Origin: Acidobacteriota bacterium | Lineage (GTDB): Bacteria > Acidobacteriota > Polarisedimenticolia > Gp22-AA2 | Assembly (NCBI GenBank): GCA_031394595.1 | Contig: JANNTZ010000191.1 | Span: forward strand, 72-64,071 | Length of the DNA: 64,000 nt | Reading direction: 5' to 3' | Part shown: positions 37,291 to 49,160 of the stretch, piece after piece | How the letters are laid out: each line of letters begins with the position of its first letter | Numbering within the stretch: position 1 is the first letter of the stretch | Made by a program: the position numbers and the translations under genes | The notes under the pieces: model-generated | What the model was told of the DNA's origin: nothing | Databases searched by the model: none | What the model saw: only the letters and a program-made list of their open reading frames with translations

Positions 37291-38948
37291 ACGGCCTCCT
37301 CGACGATTCCGCCGGCACGGCGCGGCAGGTGCAGGGAGATCTCGGTTCCTTCGCCGGGGCGGCTCTTGACCCGGATCCGTCCACCATGCTCCTCGATGAT
37401 GCGGTAGACGATCGACAGACCGAGCCCGGTCCCCTGGGGGAACGACCCGTGGAACGGCTGGAAGTTGGAGGCGACGTCACGGTCGGGCATGCCGATCCCC
37501 GTGTCCACGAAGCTGACGACGGCCTCCCCCTCCGCCCCGCGCAGGCGCACCGACAGGGTCCCGCCCCCGGGCATCGCTTTCAGGGCGTTGCGCGCGAGAT
37601 TCCAGAACACCTGTTTCATCCTGTTGATGTCCACGTCGGCCACCAGTCGATCCGGGCCGGGCGCCACCTCGACCCGGTGATGGGGGCGGCGCTCCTCGCT
37701 GTTTTCCAGCAGGCTGAGGGTCTCCCGCAGCAGGCCCACGAGGTCCGTCGTCTCCGCATGGAACCGGCCGGGCTTCGCAAACATCAGGAAGTCCCTGATG
37801 ATCTGGTCCAGCCGTCTTGATTCCTTGACCACGATGTCCATCAACGTCCCCGCATCCCCCGGCGGGTCCAGGTCGCGCTTGAGGACCTGCACGGAGCCGC
37901 TGATCGACGCCAGCGGATTACGCAGTTCGTGCGCGACCCCGGCCGCCATCTCGCCGAGCGCGGCCATTCGTTTCTTGAGTGCCACTTCCTCTTCCAGGGC
38001 CCGGATCTCGGTGAGGTCCTGGAAGATGAAGATCAACCCCAGCGCTTCGCCGGCGCGACTGAGCAGCGGCGAGACCGTGAACCCGAGGAACAGCGACCGG
38101 CCCCGCCCGTCCTCGTAGTCGATCTCGAAGCGGCAGCGGCTGTCCTTCTCCAGAGCGGCGCGGATCCGACCGATCAACCCCCGCTCCTGGCGCAGGACCG
38201 CCTCGAAGTCGCGTCCCAGCAGGTCCGCCAGCGTACGCCCGGTGATCTCCAGGGCGGCGCGGTTGGCGAAGGTCAACCGCCCTTCCGCGTCGGTGGTGAC
38301 CAGCCCGGTGTTCAGGCTGTCGATGATGTTGGCGTGGTACTCGCGCAGGTCGGCCAGGTCGTCCCGTCGCAGCTGCAGCTCGTGGCCCGCGCGCCGGAGA
38401 TTGTCCGCCAGCGATGACGACAGGTACGCCACGGCGAGGAACGACACCAGGTGCGCCACCAGGCTGTAGAGGACCCGCACCGTCGCGACGTCGCGGTCCC
38501 GGAAGACCTCCTCCGGGTACGACGGCAGCGTGCCCCGGTGCATGAGGATCACCATGACCGCGTACATCGCCCAGGACCCGATCGCCACCGCGAACCCGCC
38601 GTAGCGCGCCGGCAGGATGCTGCCGATGATGATCGACAGGAGATAGAGGAAGGAGAACGGGCTTTCCGTGCCCCCCGTCAGGTAGACGAACCCCGTGACC
38701 ACGGCCAGATCGCCCACCATCTGGACGACGACCTGGGCCCCGGGCCGGGCGGTCCGGGTCAGGACCGCGTAGCCGATGGTCAGAAGATAAGTGACCGCCG
38801 CCAGCATGTAGAACGGTTTGAGGGACAGGAGCGGCCGGTAGAGCAGCTCGATGACGAAGGTGCAGGCCAGCAGGGTCGTGATGATCACGACCCGGAATGT
38901 CATGAGCCAATCGAGCTGGCGCCTGAGCTCGCGCTGCGGCCGGTCCAT
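37275..38948 (-). CDS. pilS: Sensor histidine kinase PilS (multi-TM N-terminus, PAS, HisKA, HATPase_c)
   Basis: Six N-terminal TM helices. H-box ALGEMAAGVAHELRNPLASI. N/G boxes NLARNALKAM..., GTGLGLSIVYRIIEEHGG. Confidence 0.8.
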
Positions 38949-38956
38949 TCATGCGC

Positions 38957-40159
38957 CTAGTTGATCTTGCCGATCAGCGTGAACATCGGCATGTACATGG
39001 AGATGACGATGCCGCCGATCATGAAGCCCAGGAACAGGATCATGACCGGTTCGAGGAGAGCCATCAGGTTTTCGACGGCCTCGTCCACCTCGTCCTCGTA
39101 GAAGTCCGCGATTTTCGAGAGCATCGTGTCGAGGGCCCCGGTCTGCTCGCCGACGCTGATCATCTGGACCACCATCGACGGGAAGACCCTGGTCTCCTCG
39201 AGGGGGCCGGCGATGGTCTTGCCCTGCTCGATGCTCTTGCGGGTCGCCATGATGGCGTCCTCGACGATCGCGTTGCCGGCCGTGCGGGCGGTGATCTCGA
39301 GGCCCTCGAGGATCGGCACACCGGACGTGATCAGCGTCCCGAGCGTGCGGCAGAATCGGGCAACGGCGATCTTCCTCATCAGGTCACCGAACACCGGCAC
39401 CTTGAGGATGATGGCGTCGATCTGCCGCTTCCCCTTGTGGGTCTTGTGATAACGGTTGAGCGCGAAGCCGGACGCGACCCCGAGGATCACGAGGACCGGC
39501 ATGTAGCGGCCGAGGAAATTGCTGGCCGCGATGGTGATCCGGGTCGGCAGCGGGAGGGTCGCGCCGAGCCCTTGGAACAGCATGGCGAACGTCGGGATGA
39601 CCTTCCACAGGATGACGACGACGACGCCGATGGCGATCGTGATGACCGCGACCGGGTAGATCATCGCGGACCGGACGGCGGCGACCAGCTTGACGTTCTT
39701 CTCGATGTAGGCTGCCAGCCGCTGCAGGATGGTGTCGAGAATACCGCCGGACTCGCCGGCGGCGATCATGTTGGCGTAAAGCGAGCTGAAAACCTTCGGA
39801 TGCTTGCGCATCGAGACCGCGAGGGTGGACCCGGACTCGACGTCCTGCCGCACCTGGAACAGGACCCTCTGGAACAGCCGGTTCTTCTGCTGCGACCCGA
39901 GGATCTCGAGGCACTGCACCAGCGGCAGCCCGGCGTCGATCATGACCGAGAACTGACGGGTGAAGATGGCGATCTCCTTCTGCTTGACGCTCCCGCCCAT
40001 CTTCGGGACCGCCAGCTCCTTCCCCTTTTCGGTGACCGCCGACACCATGATCTGCTGACGGCGCAGGAGGGCGATGACCGCGTCCTTGTTCTCGGCGGAG
40101 ACGGACCCCTCCTGCATCTTCCCCATCTTGTTCTTGCCCTTCCAGCTGTAGGTCGGCAT
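38957..40159 (-). CDS. pilC: Type IV pilus inner-membrane platform protein PilC (GspF family)
   Basis: 400 aa with two GspF repeats (IFTRQFSVMIDAGLPLVQCLEIL and RFCRTLGTLITSGVPILEGLEIT) and three TM helices. Confidence 0.9.
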   Translation of the reverse strand: MPTYSWKGKNKMGKMQEGSVSAENKDAVIALLRRQQIMVSAVTEKGKELAVPKMGGSVKQKEIAIFTRQFSVMIDAGLPLVQCLEILGSQQKNRLFQRVLFQVRQDVESGSTLAVSMRKHPKVFSSLYANMIAAGESGGILDTILQRLAAYIEKNVKLVAAVRSAMIYPVAVITIAIGVVVVILWKVIPTFAMLFQGLGATLPLPTRITIAASNFLGRYMPVLVILGVASGFALNRYHKTHKGKRQIDAIILKVPVFGDLMRKIAVARFCRTLGTLITSGVPILEGLEITARTAGNAIVEDAIMATRKSIEQGKTIAGPLEETRVFPSMVVQMISVGEQTGALDTMLSKIADFYEDEVDEAVENLMALLEPVMILFLGFMIGGIVISMYMPMFTLIGKIN

Positions 40160-40177
40160 GTCCGCTCCCTCCCCCGC

Positions 40178-41311
40178 CTACTTGCGCCCGGCGCCGGCGC
40201 GCGCCGCCTGCGTCGCCTGGGCCGTCGGCTGGTTGATGAGCCCGGATCCGCGGTTGATCATCTCCTGCAGCTCGTCGGGGTTGCTGCTGTAGGAGAGAGC
40301 AGTCGCCAGGCTGAGATGTTTCTTGAAGTACTGCGTCGCCAGGGACTGGTTGAAGGTCTGCATGCCGTACTGTGTCTGGCCGGTCTGCATCATCGAGTAA
40401 ATCTGGTGGATCTTGTCCTCGCGGATGAGGTTCCGGATGGCCGAGTTTGGCACCAGGATCTCCATGGTCAGGCAGCGACCCTTGCCCGTCGCCTTGGGCA
40501 GCAGCGCCTGGCAGAGGATCCCCTCGAGCACGAAGGACAGCTGGGCACGGATTTGCGGCTGCTGATGGGCCGGGAACACGTCGATGATCCGGTTGATGGT
40601 CTGGGCCGCCGAGTTGGTGTGCAGGGTCCCGAAGGTCAGGTGGCCCGTTTCGGCGATCCGCAGGGCGGCCTCGATCGTCTCCAGATCGCGCATCTCGCCG
40701 ATCAGGACGAAGTCGGGGTCCTGGCGGAGCACCGACTTCAGGGCGTTGGCGAACGTGTGGGTATCGGCGTGCAGCTCGCGCTGGTTGACGATGCAGCCTT
40801 TGTGGCCGTGAAGGTACTCGACCGGATCCTCGATGGTGACGATGTGGCCGCGTTCCTCGTTGTTGACCTTGTCGAGCATGGCTGCCAAGGTGGTGGATTT
40901 CCCGGACCCCGTCGGCCCGGTGACCAGGATCAGACCGCGCGGCTTCTCGCACAGCTTGGCGACGACCTCGGGCAGCCCGAGGTCCTGGAAGGTCTTGATC
41001 TCCCAGGGGATGGTCCGGAAGGCGGCCGCCACCGCGCCACGCTGGCTGAAGATGTTGGCGCGGAACCGGGCCAGACCCCGGACACCGAACGAGAAGTCCA
41101 GCTCCAGGTTCTCCTCGAAGCGATGCTTCTGGGTATCGGTGAGGACGCTGTAGACCAGCGCCTTGGTCTCCGGCGCCGTCAGTGGCGGCAGCTGCAGGGG
41201 GACCAGCTTGCCGTCGACGCGGATCTGCGGCGGCGAGTTGGTCGTGATATGCAGGTCGGTCCCCCCCTGCTCGACGAGGGTCTTCAACAGCTGGTGCAGC
41301 GTCACCGACAT
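40178..41311 (-). CDS. pilT: Twitching-motility retraction ATPase PilT
   Basis: MSVTLHQLLKTLVEQGGTDLHI. Walker A GPTGSGKSTT. Asp box, Walker B and His box (TLHTNSAAQTINRIID). The AIRNLIRE motif is characteristic of PilT. ATG 41311 has a GAGGAGG RBS. Confidence 0.9.
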   Translation of the reverse strand: MSVTLHQLLKTLVEQGGTDLHITTNSPPQIRVDGKLVPLQLPPLTAPETKALVYSVLTDTQKHRFEENLELDFSFGVRGLARFRANIFSQRGAVAAAFRTIPWEIKTFQDLGLPEVVAKLCEKPRGLILVTGPTGSGKSTTLAAMLDKVNNEERGHIVTIEDPVEYLHGHKGCIVNQRELHADTHTFANALKSVLRQDPDFVLIGEMRDLETIEAALRIAETGHLTFGTLHTNSAAQTINRIIDVFPAHQQPQIRAQLSFVLEGILCQALLPKATGKGRCLTMEILVPNSAIRNLIREDKIHQIYSMMQTGQTQYGMQTFNQSLATQYFKKHLSLATALSYSSNPDELQEMINRGSGLINQPTAQATQAARAGAGRK

Positions 41312-41321
41312 CCAGGCCTCC

Positions 41322-43043
<1,722 letters not shown>

Positions 43044-43112
43044 CCGGACCTCACTGGAAACGCGCCCGGTCTGTCCCGGGCGGTTGGAGAGCCCTATACG
43101 ATCACCCGTGTC

Positions 43113-43141
43113 AAATTATGTACGCCAACAATTTGTGTCAA
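43113..43141 (-). promoter_or_regulatory. Candidate sigma-70 promoter for pilB operon (TTGACA-17-TAATTT) in AT-rich leader
   Basis: Minus strand: cacTTGACAcaaattgttggcgtacaTAATTTgac, ~70 nt upstream of the pilB ATG. It lies in the unusually AT-rich region 43100-43260. Confidence 0.3.
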
Positions 43142-43357
43142 GTGAAATGCGTAAAAATACCTACGGAATTTTGACGCTGTGACAACACGCGTCTAACGGC
43201 AAACGACTAGAACTCACAAGCTATTGAATATAAATAACTTATTTTCTTTCAGCTGCGGGGATGTTGGAACGAGTCTTGCTGGAGAATTCCCAATAATGGC
43301 AGGCCGGAGGCCCGGCTGACTGGCCGGTACCGCCGGAATCGCGGGCAATCAGGACGG

Positions 43358-43594
43358 TCAGTCGGGCTCGAAACGGATGTCGACCGAGGATTTCTGCCCA
43401 AGGGCACGCTTGAGGACGGCCAGCACGCCGGGGTCGACGCCGCGGCCTTCGAGGCTGGCGATGGCGGCCGCGTCGATGCTGTAAGTGAAATCGTCGAGTG
43501 ACTCCTCGACCAGTTCCTCCTGGAGGATCTCCAGGTGAGCGTCGTCGATGGCGCCGACTTCCGCGTCCGTGTCGTTGTCGAGAAGCTTGATCAT
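43358..43594 (-). CDS. Small acidic protein (78 aa), unknown function
   Basis: MIKLLDNDTDAEVGAIDDAHLEILQEELVEESLDDFTYSIDAAAIASLEGRGVDPGVLAVLKRALGQKSSVDIRFEPD. High GC3. GGAGAGG RBS 7 nt upstream. ATGA overlap with the upstream micro-protein. Confidence 0.5.
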   Translation of the reverse strand: MIKLLDNDTDAEVGAIDDAHLEILQEELVEESLDDFTYSIDAAAIASLEGRGVDPGVLAVLKRALGQKSSVDIRFEPD

Positions 43595-43794
43595 GGTGTT
43601 CCTCTCCCGCCCGGCGCGTACAGCCGCCCGATGAACGCGAAGTAGACCGCAAAAGCCACGGCACCGGCCAGCGCCAGCGCCCCGCGCCACGCCGCCCCCG
43701 GCCCGTCGGTCCGCGCAAACTCCCAGCCGCCGTAGTACAGCAGGAGCAGAACGGCGGCAGCGATCAGGACCCGGTGTGCCTGGAACAGGTTCAT
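43591..43794 (-). CDS. Small two-TM membrane protein (67 aa), unknown function
   Basis: MNLFQAHRVLIAAAVLLLLYYGGWEF...ALALAGAVAFAVYFAFIGRLY. High GC3. Lies 4 nt after the phosphoesterase stop. Confidence 0.4.
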   Translation of the reverse strand: MNLFQAHRVLIAAAVLLLLYYGGWEFARTDGPGAAWRGALALAGAVAFAVYFAFIGRLYAPGGRGTP

Positions 43795-43797
43795 GAC

Positions 43798-44538
43798 TCA
43801 CACTCCAAGAAGGAGTCGGTCGCCCAGCCATGGAGGCAACCCCGACTTCTGGATCTTACTCCGGGCCGCCTCGATCGCGTACGGCACACGCAGCACGGTG
43901 ACCGTCCTCGCCGTGTCGTCATAGAGGGCGAACGCCGCCCGCGGATCGCGGTCGCGTGGCTGGCCGACCGACCCGGGGTTGACCAGGAATCGCCGGCCGG
44001 GATCCAGGGTCACCTGCACGCGGTCGCCACGGGCCGCCGACCAGTGGACACGGTCGCCGTGGTGGACGAAGGCACCCGGAAGGTGCGTGTGGCCGAAGAA
44101 ACAGACATCGAAGGAGGCGAACTCGAAGGCGCGCCGCGCCTCGCCCGCGTGGAGCAGGTAGGCATCCTCGTCGGAGGGGCTGCCGTGGCTGAGCATCAAG
44201 CCGGGCGCCACCTCGACCGGGCCCCGCGGAAGGTCCCGGAGCCAGTCGAGGACTTCCGGCTCGAGGGCCCGGCGCGTCCATTCCACGGCGGCACGGGCCT
44301 GATCGTTGAACGCCTCCATCGGTTCGAGATCGGCGACAACCTTGTCGTGGTTGCCACGCACGACGCAGAGCCCGGGGAGCTCACGCACGGCCGCAACCAC
44401 CGGTCCGGGGTCCGCGCCGTAGCCGACCAGGTCGCCGAGGATGATCGCCCGGTCGTATCCGAGACCGCGGGCCGCGGTCAGGACCGCCCCCGTCGATTCG
44501 ATATTGCCATGCAGGTCCGACAGGATCAGGTAGCGCAT
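43798..44538 (-). CDS. Metallophosphoesterase (calcineurin-like, YfcE/MJ0936-type)
   Basis: Motifs LSDLHGN, ILGDLVGYG, GNHD, and GHTH near the C-terminus. 246 aa. Confidence 0.75.
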   Translation of the reverse strand: MRYLILSDLHGNIESTGAVLTAARGLGYDRAIILGDLVGYGADPGPVVAAVRELPGLCVVRGNHDKVVADLEPMEAFNDQARAAVEWTRRALEPEVLDWLRDLPRGPVEVAPGLMLSHGSPSDEDAYLLHAGEARRAFEFASFDVCFFGHTHLPGAFVHHGDRVHWSAARGDRVQVTLDPGRRFLVNPGSVGQPRDRDPRAAFALYDDTARTVTVLRVPYAIEAARSKIQKSGLPPWLGDRLLLGV

Positions 44539-45038
44539 CAGATCAGAGTCGCGATCCGCTCCGCGACCTCCTCAGGTGCCAGACCTGCAGCATCCACCCG
44601 GATCGGGGCCAACCGGTAGGCGGCCAGGCGGGACCGATACAGAGCCTCCGCCTGCGCGCGGTCCTTCAGGAGCGGCCGCGCCGGCGAACCATCGCACCGG
44701 GCCAGCGCCTGTTCGACCGGCACATGGATCCAGACGGCGCGTCCGATCTGGTCGATGAGCACGCGGTTCGACTCCTGGACATAGGTCCCGCCGCCACAGG
44801 CGACGACGATTCGACTGCGGTCACGCAGTTCCGCGATCAGGCGGCCCTCCAGCCGGCGGAAGAACGCCTCACCGTCCGCCTCGAAGATCCGGGGGATGGT
44901 CCGTCCGTCTGCGGCCACCGCCAGTTCGTCGAGGTCCACGAAGTCCCAACCGATCAGACGGGCCAAGGCGCGGCCGACTGTCGTCTTGCCGGCCCCCATG
45001 AAGCCGACCAGGAAGACCGGCTTGCGCGGGTCCCGCAT
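44538..45038 (-). CDS. aroK: Shikimate kinase
   Basis: P-loop VGFMGAGKTTVGRALA. DLD substrate motif. ~166 aa. Confidence 0.85.
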   Translation of the reverse strand: MRDPRKPVFLVGFMGAGKTTVGRALARLIGWDFVDLDELAVAADGRTIPRIFEADGEAFFRRLEGRLIAELRDRSRIVVACGGGTYVQESNRVLIDQIGRAVWIHVPVEQALARCDGSPARPLLKDRAQAEALYRSRLAAYRLAPIRVDAAGLAPEEVAERIATLI

Positions 45039-45055
45039 GCTGGCGTTCGTCGTCG

Positions 45056-46420
<1,365 letters not shown>

Positions 46421-46439
46421 CGCGTCAGGCCAGGGCCCG

Positions 46440-46928
46440 TCAGGCCGGGGCCGCGAGGCGGACCCGGAATAGGGGCTCGCCATACTCGACGGGCTGACCA
46501 TTGGCGACGAGGGCCTCGAGGACCTCCCCGTCGCACTCGGATTCGATCTCGTTCATCAACTTCATCGCCTCGACGACGCACAGGACCTGCCCCTTCTTGA
46601 TCCGGTCCCCCACTTCGACGAACGGGCGCGACGATGGCGAGCTGGAGCGGTAGAACGTGCCGACGATCGGGGACTTGATGGTGTGCGCGTCGGGCGGCCC
46701 CGCTGCGGCCTGGCGGGCATCCGGACCGGCGGCCGCGACAGGCCCGGCCGGTGCGGCGGCCTGGGCCGGCACCAGGGCAGGGGCCATCAGACCGTCCGTC
46801 GGCACCGCGGTCTTCTTGACCAGCTTGATCTTGAACCCCTCGCGCTCGAGCTCGAATTCGACGAAGCTGCTGCTCTCGATGTAGTCCATCAGTTCCTTGA
46901 TGTCGCTGTCCAGGTATCCACCGCCCAT
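46440..46928 (-). CDS. accB: Acetyl-CoA carboxylase biotin carboxyl carrier protein
   Basis: Biotinylation motif [10 protein letters not shown] and an Ala/Pro-rich linker. ATG 46928 has a GGAGGG RBS 5 nt upstream. Confidence 0.85.
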   Translation of the reverse strand: MGGGYLDSDIKELMDYIESSSFVEFELEREGFKIKLVKKTAVPTDGLMAPALVPAQAAAPAGPVAAAGPDARQAAAGPPDAHTIKSPIVGTFYRSSSPSSRPFVEVGDRIKKGQVLCVVEAMKLMNEIESECDGEVLEALVANGQPVEYGEPLFRVRLAAPA

Positions 46929-47048
46929 GCGGCCCTCCGGATGCACCAAGCCCCCCCGGCCGGCTGTTCCCGACCGGAGCCCCGCCCGGCGGCGTAGTGT
47001 ACTCCAAACGGTCGGAAGGACGGGGGTGCCGGGTGTGGGCCACGGCCT

Positions 47049-47396
47049 TCAGGCGATCGCCTGTCTCAGCGCCAGGCCGGCCCGCCAGGCCTCGTAACGG
47101 GCGCGCCCCGGCAGACAGTCGCGGCCAACGAGAAGACAGAGATAGTAGTCCTGGCCGAGAGCGCGCAGGATCATCAGCCCGGACGCCGTCGTGATGGAGA
47201 TTTCCTCAGGGGTTTCCCGCCCGCCGGCCGGCCCGGTCGTCCGCTTCACCAGGGTGATCCCTTCCGCCGACACGAGATCGATGTTGACCTCGCTGCCGAG
47301 GGTGATCTTCTCGACCGGGATGCCGTCGAGCCCCACGACCGAAACCGCCAGCGCCCCCGGCGTCCTGTCGAGCGTGTCCTGGAGTATGACCTTCAT
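47049..47396 (-). CDS. Roadblock/LC7 domain protein (MglB/MglC-like), 115 aa
   Basis: alpha-beta-beta-alpha-beta pattern (ALAVSVVGLDGIPVEK...DLVSAEGITLVKRT...ISITTASGLMILRALGQDYYLCLLVG). ATG 47396 overlaps the TPR gene stop as ATGA. No mglA-like GTPase follows. Confidence 0.6.
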   Translation of the reverse strand: MKVILQDTLDRTPGALAVSVVGLDGIPVEKITLGSEVNIDLVSAEGITLVKRTTGPAGGRETPEEISITTASGLMILRALGQDYYLCLLVGRDCLPGRARYEAWRAGLALRQAIA

Positions 47397-48574
47397 GGCG
47401 TGCGGGCCTCCCTGTGGGCCGTCTGGATCCGGCCGAGCCACTCTGCAAGGCGGTCGATCCGGGCCTGCGTGCCCGGATGGGCAATCGGCGCCGGCGGGGA
47501 TTCCGATCGCTCGGGATCCCGGGAGGCGGCCATCGCGGTCTCCCGCGCGCCGCCTGTCGCGGTGTCCAACGCGGCGGCCGGCGTGGCAACCGGCCCGGCG
47601 ACCGGCATGGCGCCCGCCGTGCCGGCCGCGACAAGTTCCTGAAGCCGCTGCCGGGCGCGCGTGTTCCCCGGATCGACCCGCAGCATCGCCCTGTAGACCT
47701 CGAGGGCCCGATCGACCAGCCCCTGCCGGAGGTAGAGCTCGGCCAGGGTGTTGGTCTGGAGCGCGTCGGTGGAATCTCCCACATCGCTGCCGATCTCCGG
47801 CCCCTGATCGAAGCCCGGTGCCTTCACCCCGACTCCCGACCCCGATGTGGGGGCTGCCGGTCCCGCCACGGACGGCGGGCCGGCGATCGCCGTCATCACG
47901 CCGGCGGCGGGAACCGCCGGAGGTCGATCCGGAACCACCCATGGCCGCGGGGATCCGCCCGGAGGTTTCCCGAGACCAGCGGCCGCCAGATCGTCGCTGT
48001 GATAGTCGAGCACCGGGTCCACGGGGCGCGGGGCCGACGGCGCGGGCGGCGCCGACGGGCGCGTCACCACGGGGCGCGCCCCCGGGCGCGTTACCGCGGG
48101 TGGCGCCACCGGGGGCCTCACGGCAGGCGCCCCGTCGATCAAATCCTGCAGCAGGGCCTTCACCTCGATGTCCCCGGGATAGTGAGCGAGGATCGCCCGG
48201 TAGGTTTCGGCGGCGGCCGGCGTGTCACCCAGCTTGCGGTGCACTTCGGCGAGCAGCTTGGCCGCCAGATGGTTCTCCGGGGCGATTGCCACCACCTCGC
48301 CCAGGGTGCGTCGCGCCTCCTCGAGGTTGCCGCATTCGAGATAAGTGCGTCCCAGGGCGATGCGGGCGGTGTGGTAGGTGGGATGGCGCTGCAGTCCCTC
48401 GAGGCAGACCTTGACGGCCTCTTCGTACTCCCCCGCGCGGCGGTATTCCTCGGCCAGCTGCAGGAAGGCGCGCGAGAAGGGATCGCGCGCGAACTTCTGC
48501 TTCAGGGCCTCGACGACCGGGTTGCGCTGTGCTGGACGTTTGGCCATGCGTTCGACGGGATCCGCCGCGGGCAT
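47393..48574 (-). CDS. TPR-repeat protein with central Pro-rich linker
   Basis: N-terminal TPRs (AEEYRRAGEYEEAVKVCLEGLQRHP..., LGRTYLECGNLEEARRTL...), a ~150-aa P/A/V-rich linker, and a C-terminal TPR (LAELYLRQGLVDRALEVYRAMLRVDP). Confidence 0.65.
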   Translation of the reverse strand: MPAADPVERMAKRPAQRNPVVEALKQKFARDPFSRAFLQLAEEYRRAGEYEEAVKVCLEGLQRHPTYHTARIALGRTYLECGNLEEARRTLGEVVAIAPENHLAAKLLAEVHRKLGDTPAAAETYRAILAHYPGDIEVKALLQDLIDGAPAVRPPVAPPAVTRPGARPVVTRPSAPPAPSAPRPVDPVLDYHSDDLAAAGLGKPPGGSPRPWVVPDRPPAVPAAGVMTAIAGPPSVAGPAAPTSGSGVGVKAPGFDQGPEIGSDVGDSTDALQTNTLAELYLRQGLVDRALEVYRAMLRVDPGNTRARQRLQELVAAGTAGAMPVAGPVATPAAALDTATGGARETAMAASRDPERSESPPAPIAHPGTQARIDRLAEWLGRIQTAHREARTP

Positions 48575-48604
48575 CGGACCTCACGGGCCGTCCGCCCGGC
48601 CCGG

Positions 48605-48633
48605 ATTATAGGGAGCGCACGGGACCTTGTCAA
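48605..48633 (-). promoter_or_regulatory. Sigma-70 promoter, perfect consensus TTGACA-17-TATAAT, driving TPR-Roadblock operon
   Basis: Minus strand: TTGACAaggtcccgtgcgctcccTATAAT (plus 48633..48605). ~25-nt 5' UTR with a GAGGT RBS before ATG 48574. Confidence 0.55.
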
Positions 48634-48640
48634 AATCGAA

Positions 48641-48664
48641 GGCCCCCGGATGACTCCGGGGGCC
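48641..48664 (-). terminator. Terminator-like hairpin after pilQ-lipoprotein operon
   Basis: GGCCCCCGGA-ugac-UCCGGGGGCC, a 10-bp GC stem followed on the minus strand by uucgauuuug. It sits 20 nt after the lipoprotein stop and abuts the -35 of the next promoter. Confidence 0.4.
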
Positions 48665-48683
48665 AGTTCGGTCCGGCCGGACT

Positions 48684-49160
48684 TCAGGGGATGAAAGTGA
48701 CGCCGACCGGGTGACTGAAGTTGACCGGCCGGCCGTTCACGTCGCGCCCCTCGACATTGACCGTCCCCACGACCGTGGACCCGGCGGCCTCGGAACCCGA
48801 CGCCACGATGTCGAGCGTCAACGTGGCGGTGCCGCCGATCGAGACGTAGCCGCTGTTGACCATGCCGGACACGTCCGGAACGATGGCGGTCGGTGAGAAG
48901 ACCACGGAGTAGGTCAGGAACACGACATCATTGAAGAACGAACCCGCGCTTCCCGTCCGGTCCTCCACCGTCAGGCTGAGCGTGACGCTGGTGTTGAGCC
49001 CGTCCCCGACCCCCTCGCCCGCGACGCCCACGGCGGTCACCAGCACGACCGCTTCGGCGCGGTCGCCCTCGTTGCCGATATCGTTGCACGCCACCCCGGC
49101 CGCCACGAGGACGAGCCCCAAAGCGACGGCGCGCAGCGCCCTGCCCGTCACGCTCTTCAT
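48684..49160 (-). CDS. Small beta-rich lipoprotein (158 aa) translationally coupled to pilQ
   Basis: Signal peptide with a lipobox-like LVAAGVAC. Mature part is rich in V/G/T/S (beta-sandwich-like). ATG 49160 overlaps the pilQ stop as ATGA. Confidence 0.6.
   Translation of the reverse strand: MKSVTGRALRAVALGLVLVAAGVACNDIGNEGDRAEAVVLVTAVGVAGEGVGDGLNTSVTLSLTVEDRTGSAGSFFNDVVFLTYSVVFSPTAIVPDVSGMVNSGYVSIGGTATLTLDIVASGSEAAGSTVVGTVNVEGRDVNGRPVNFSHPVGVTFIP

Noticed and set aside
39384-40952. 522-aa minus-strand alternative-frame ORF across pilC/pilT. The same applies to 37918-38952 across pilS
   Set aside because: Off-frame, Arg/Pro/Gly-rich translation. The in-frame PilC/PilT/PilS products carry canonical motifs.
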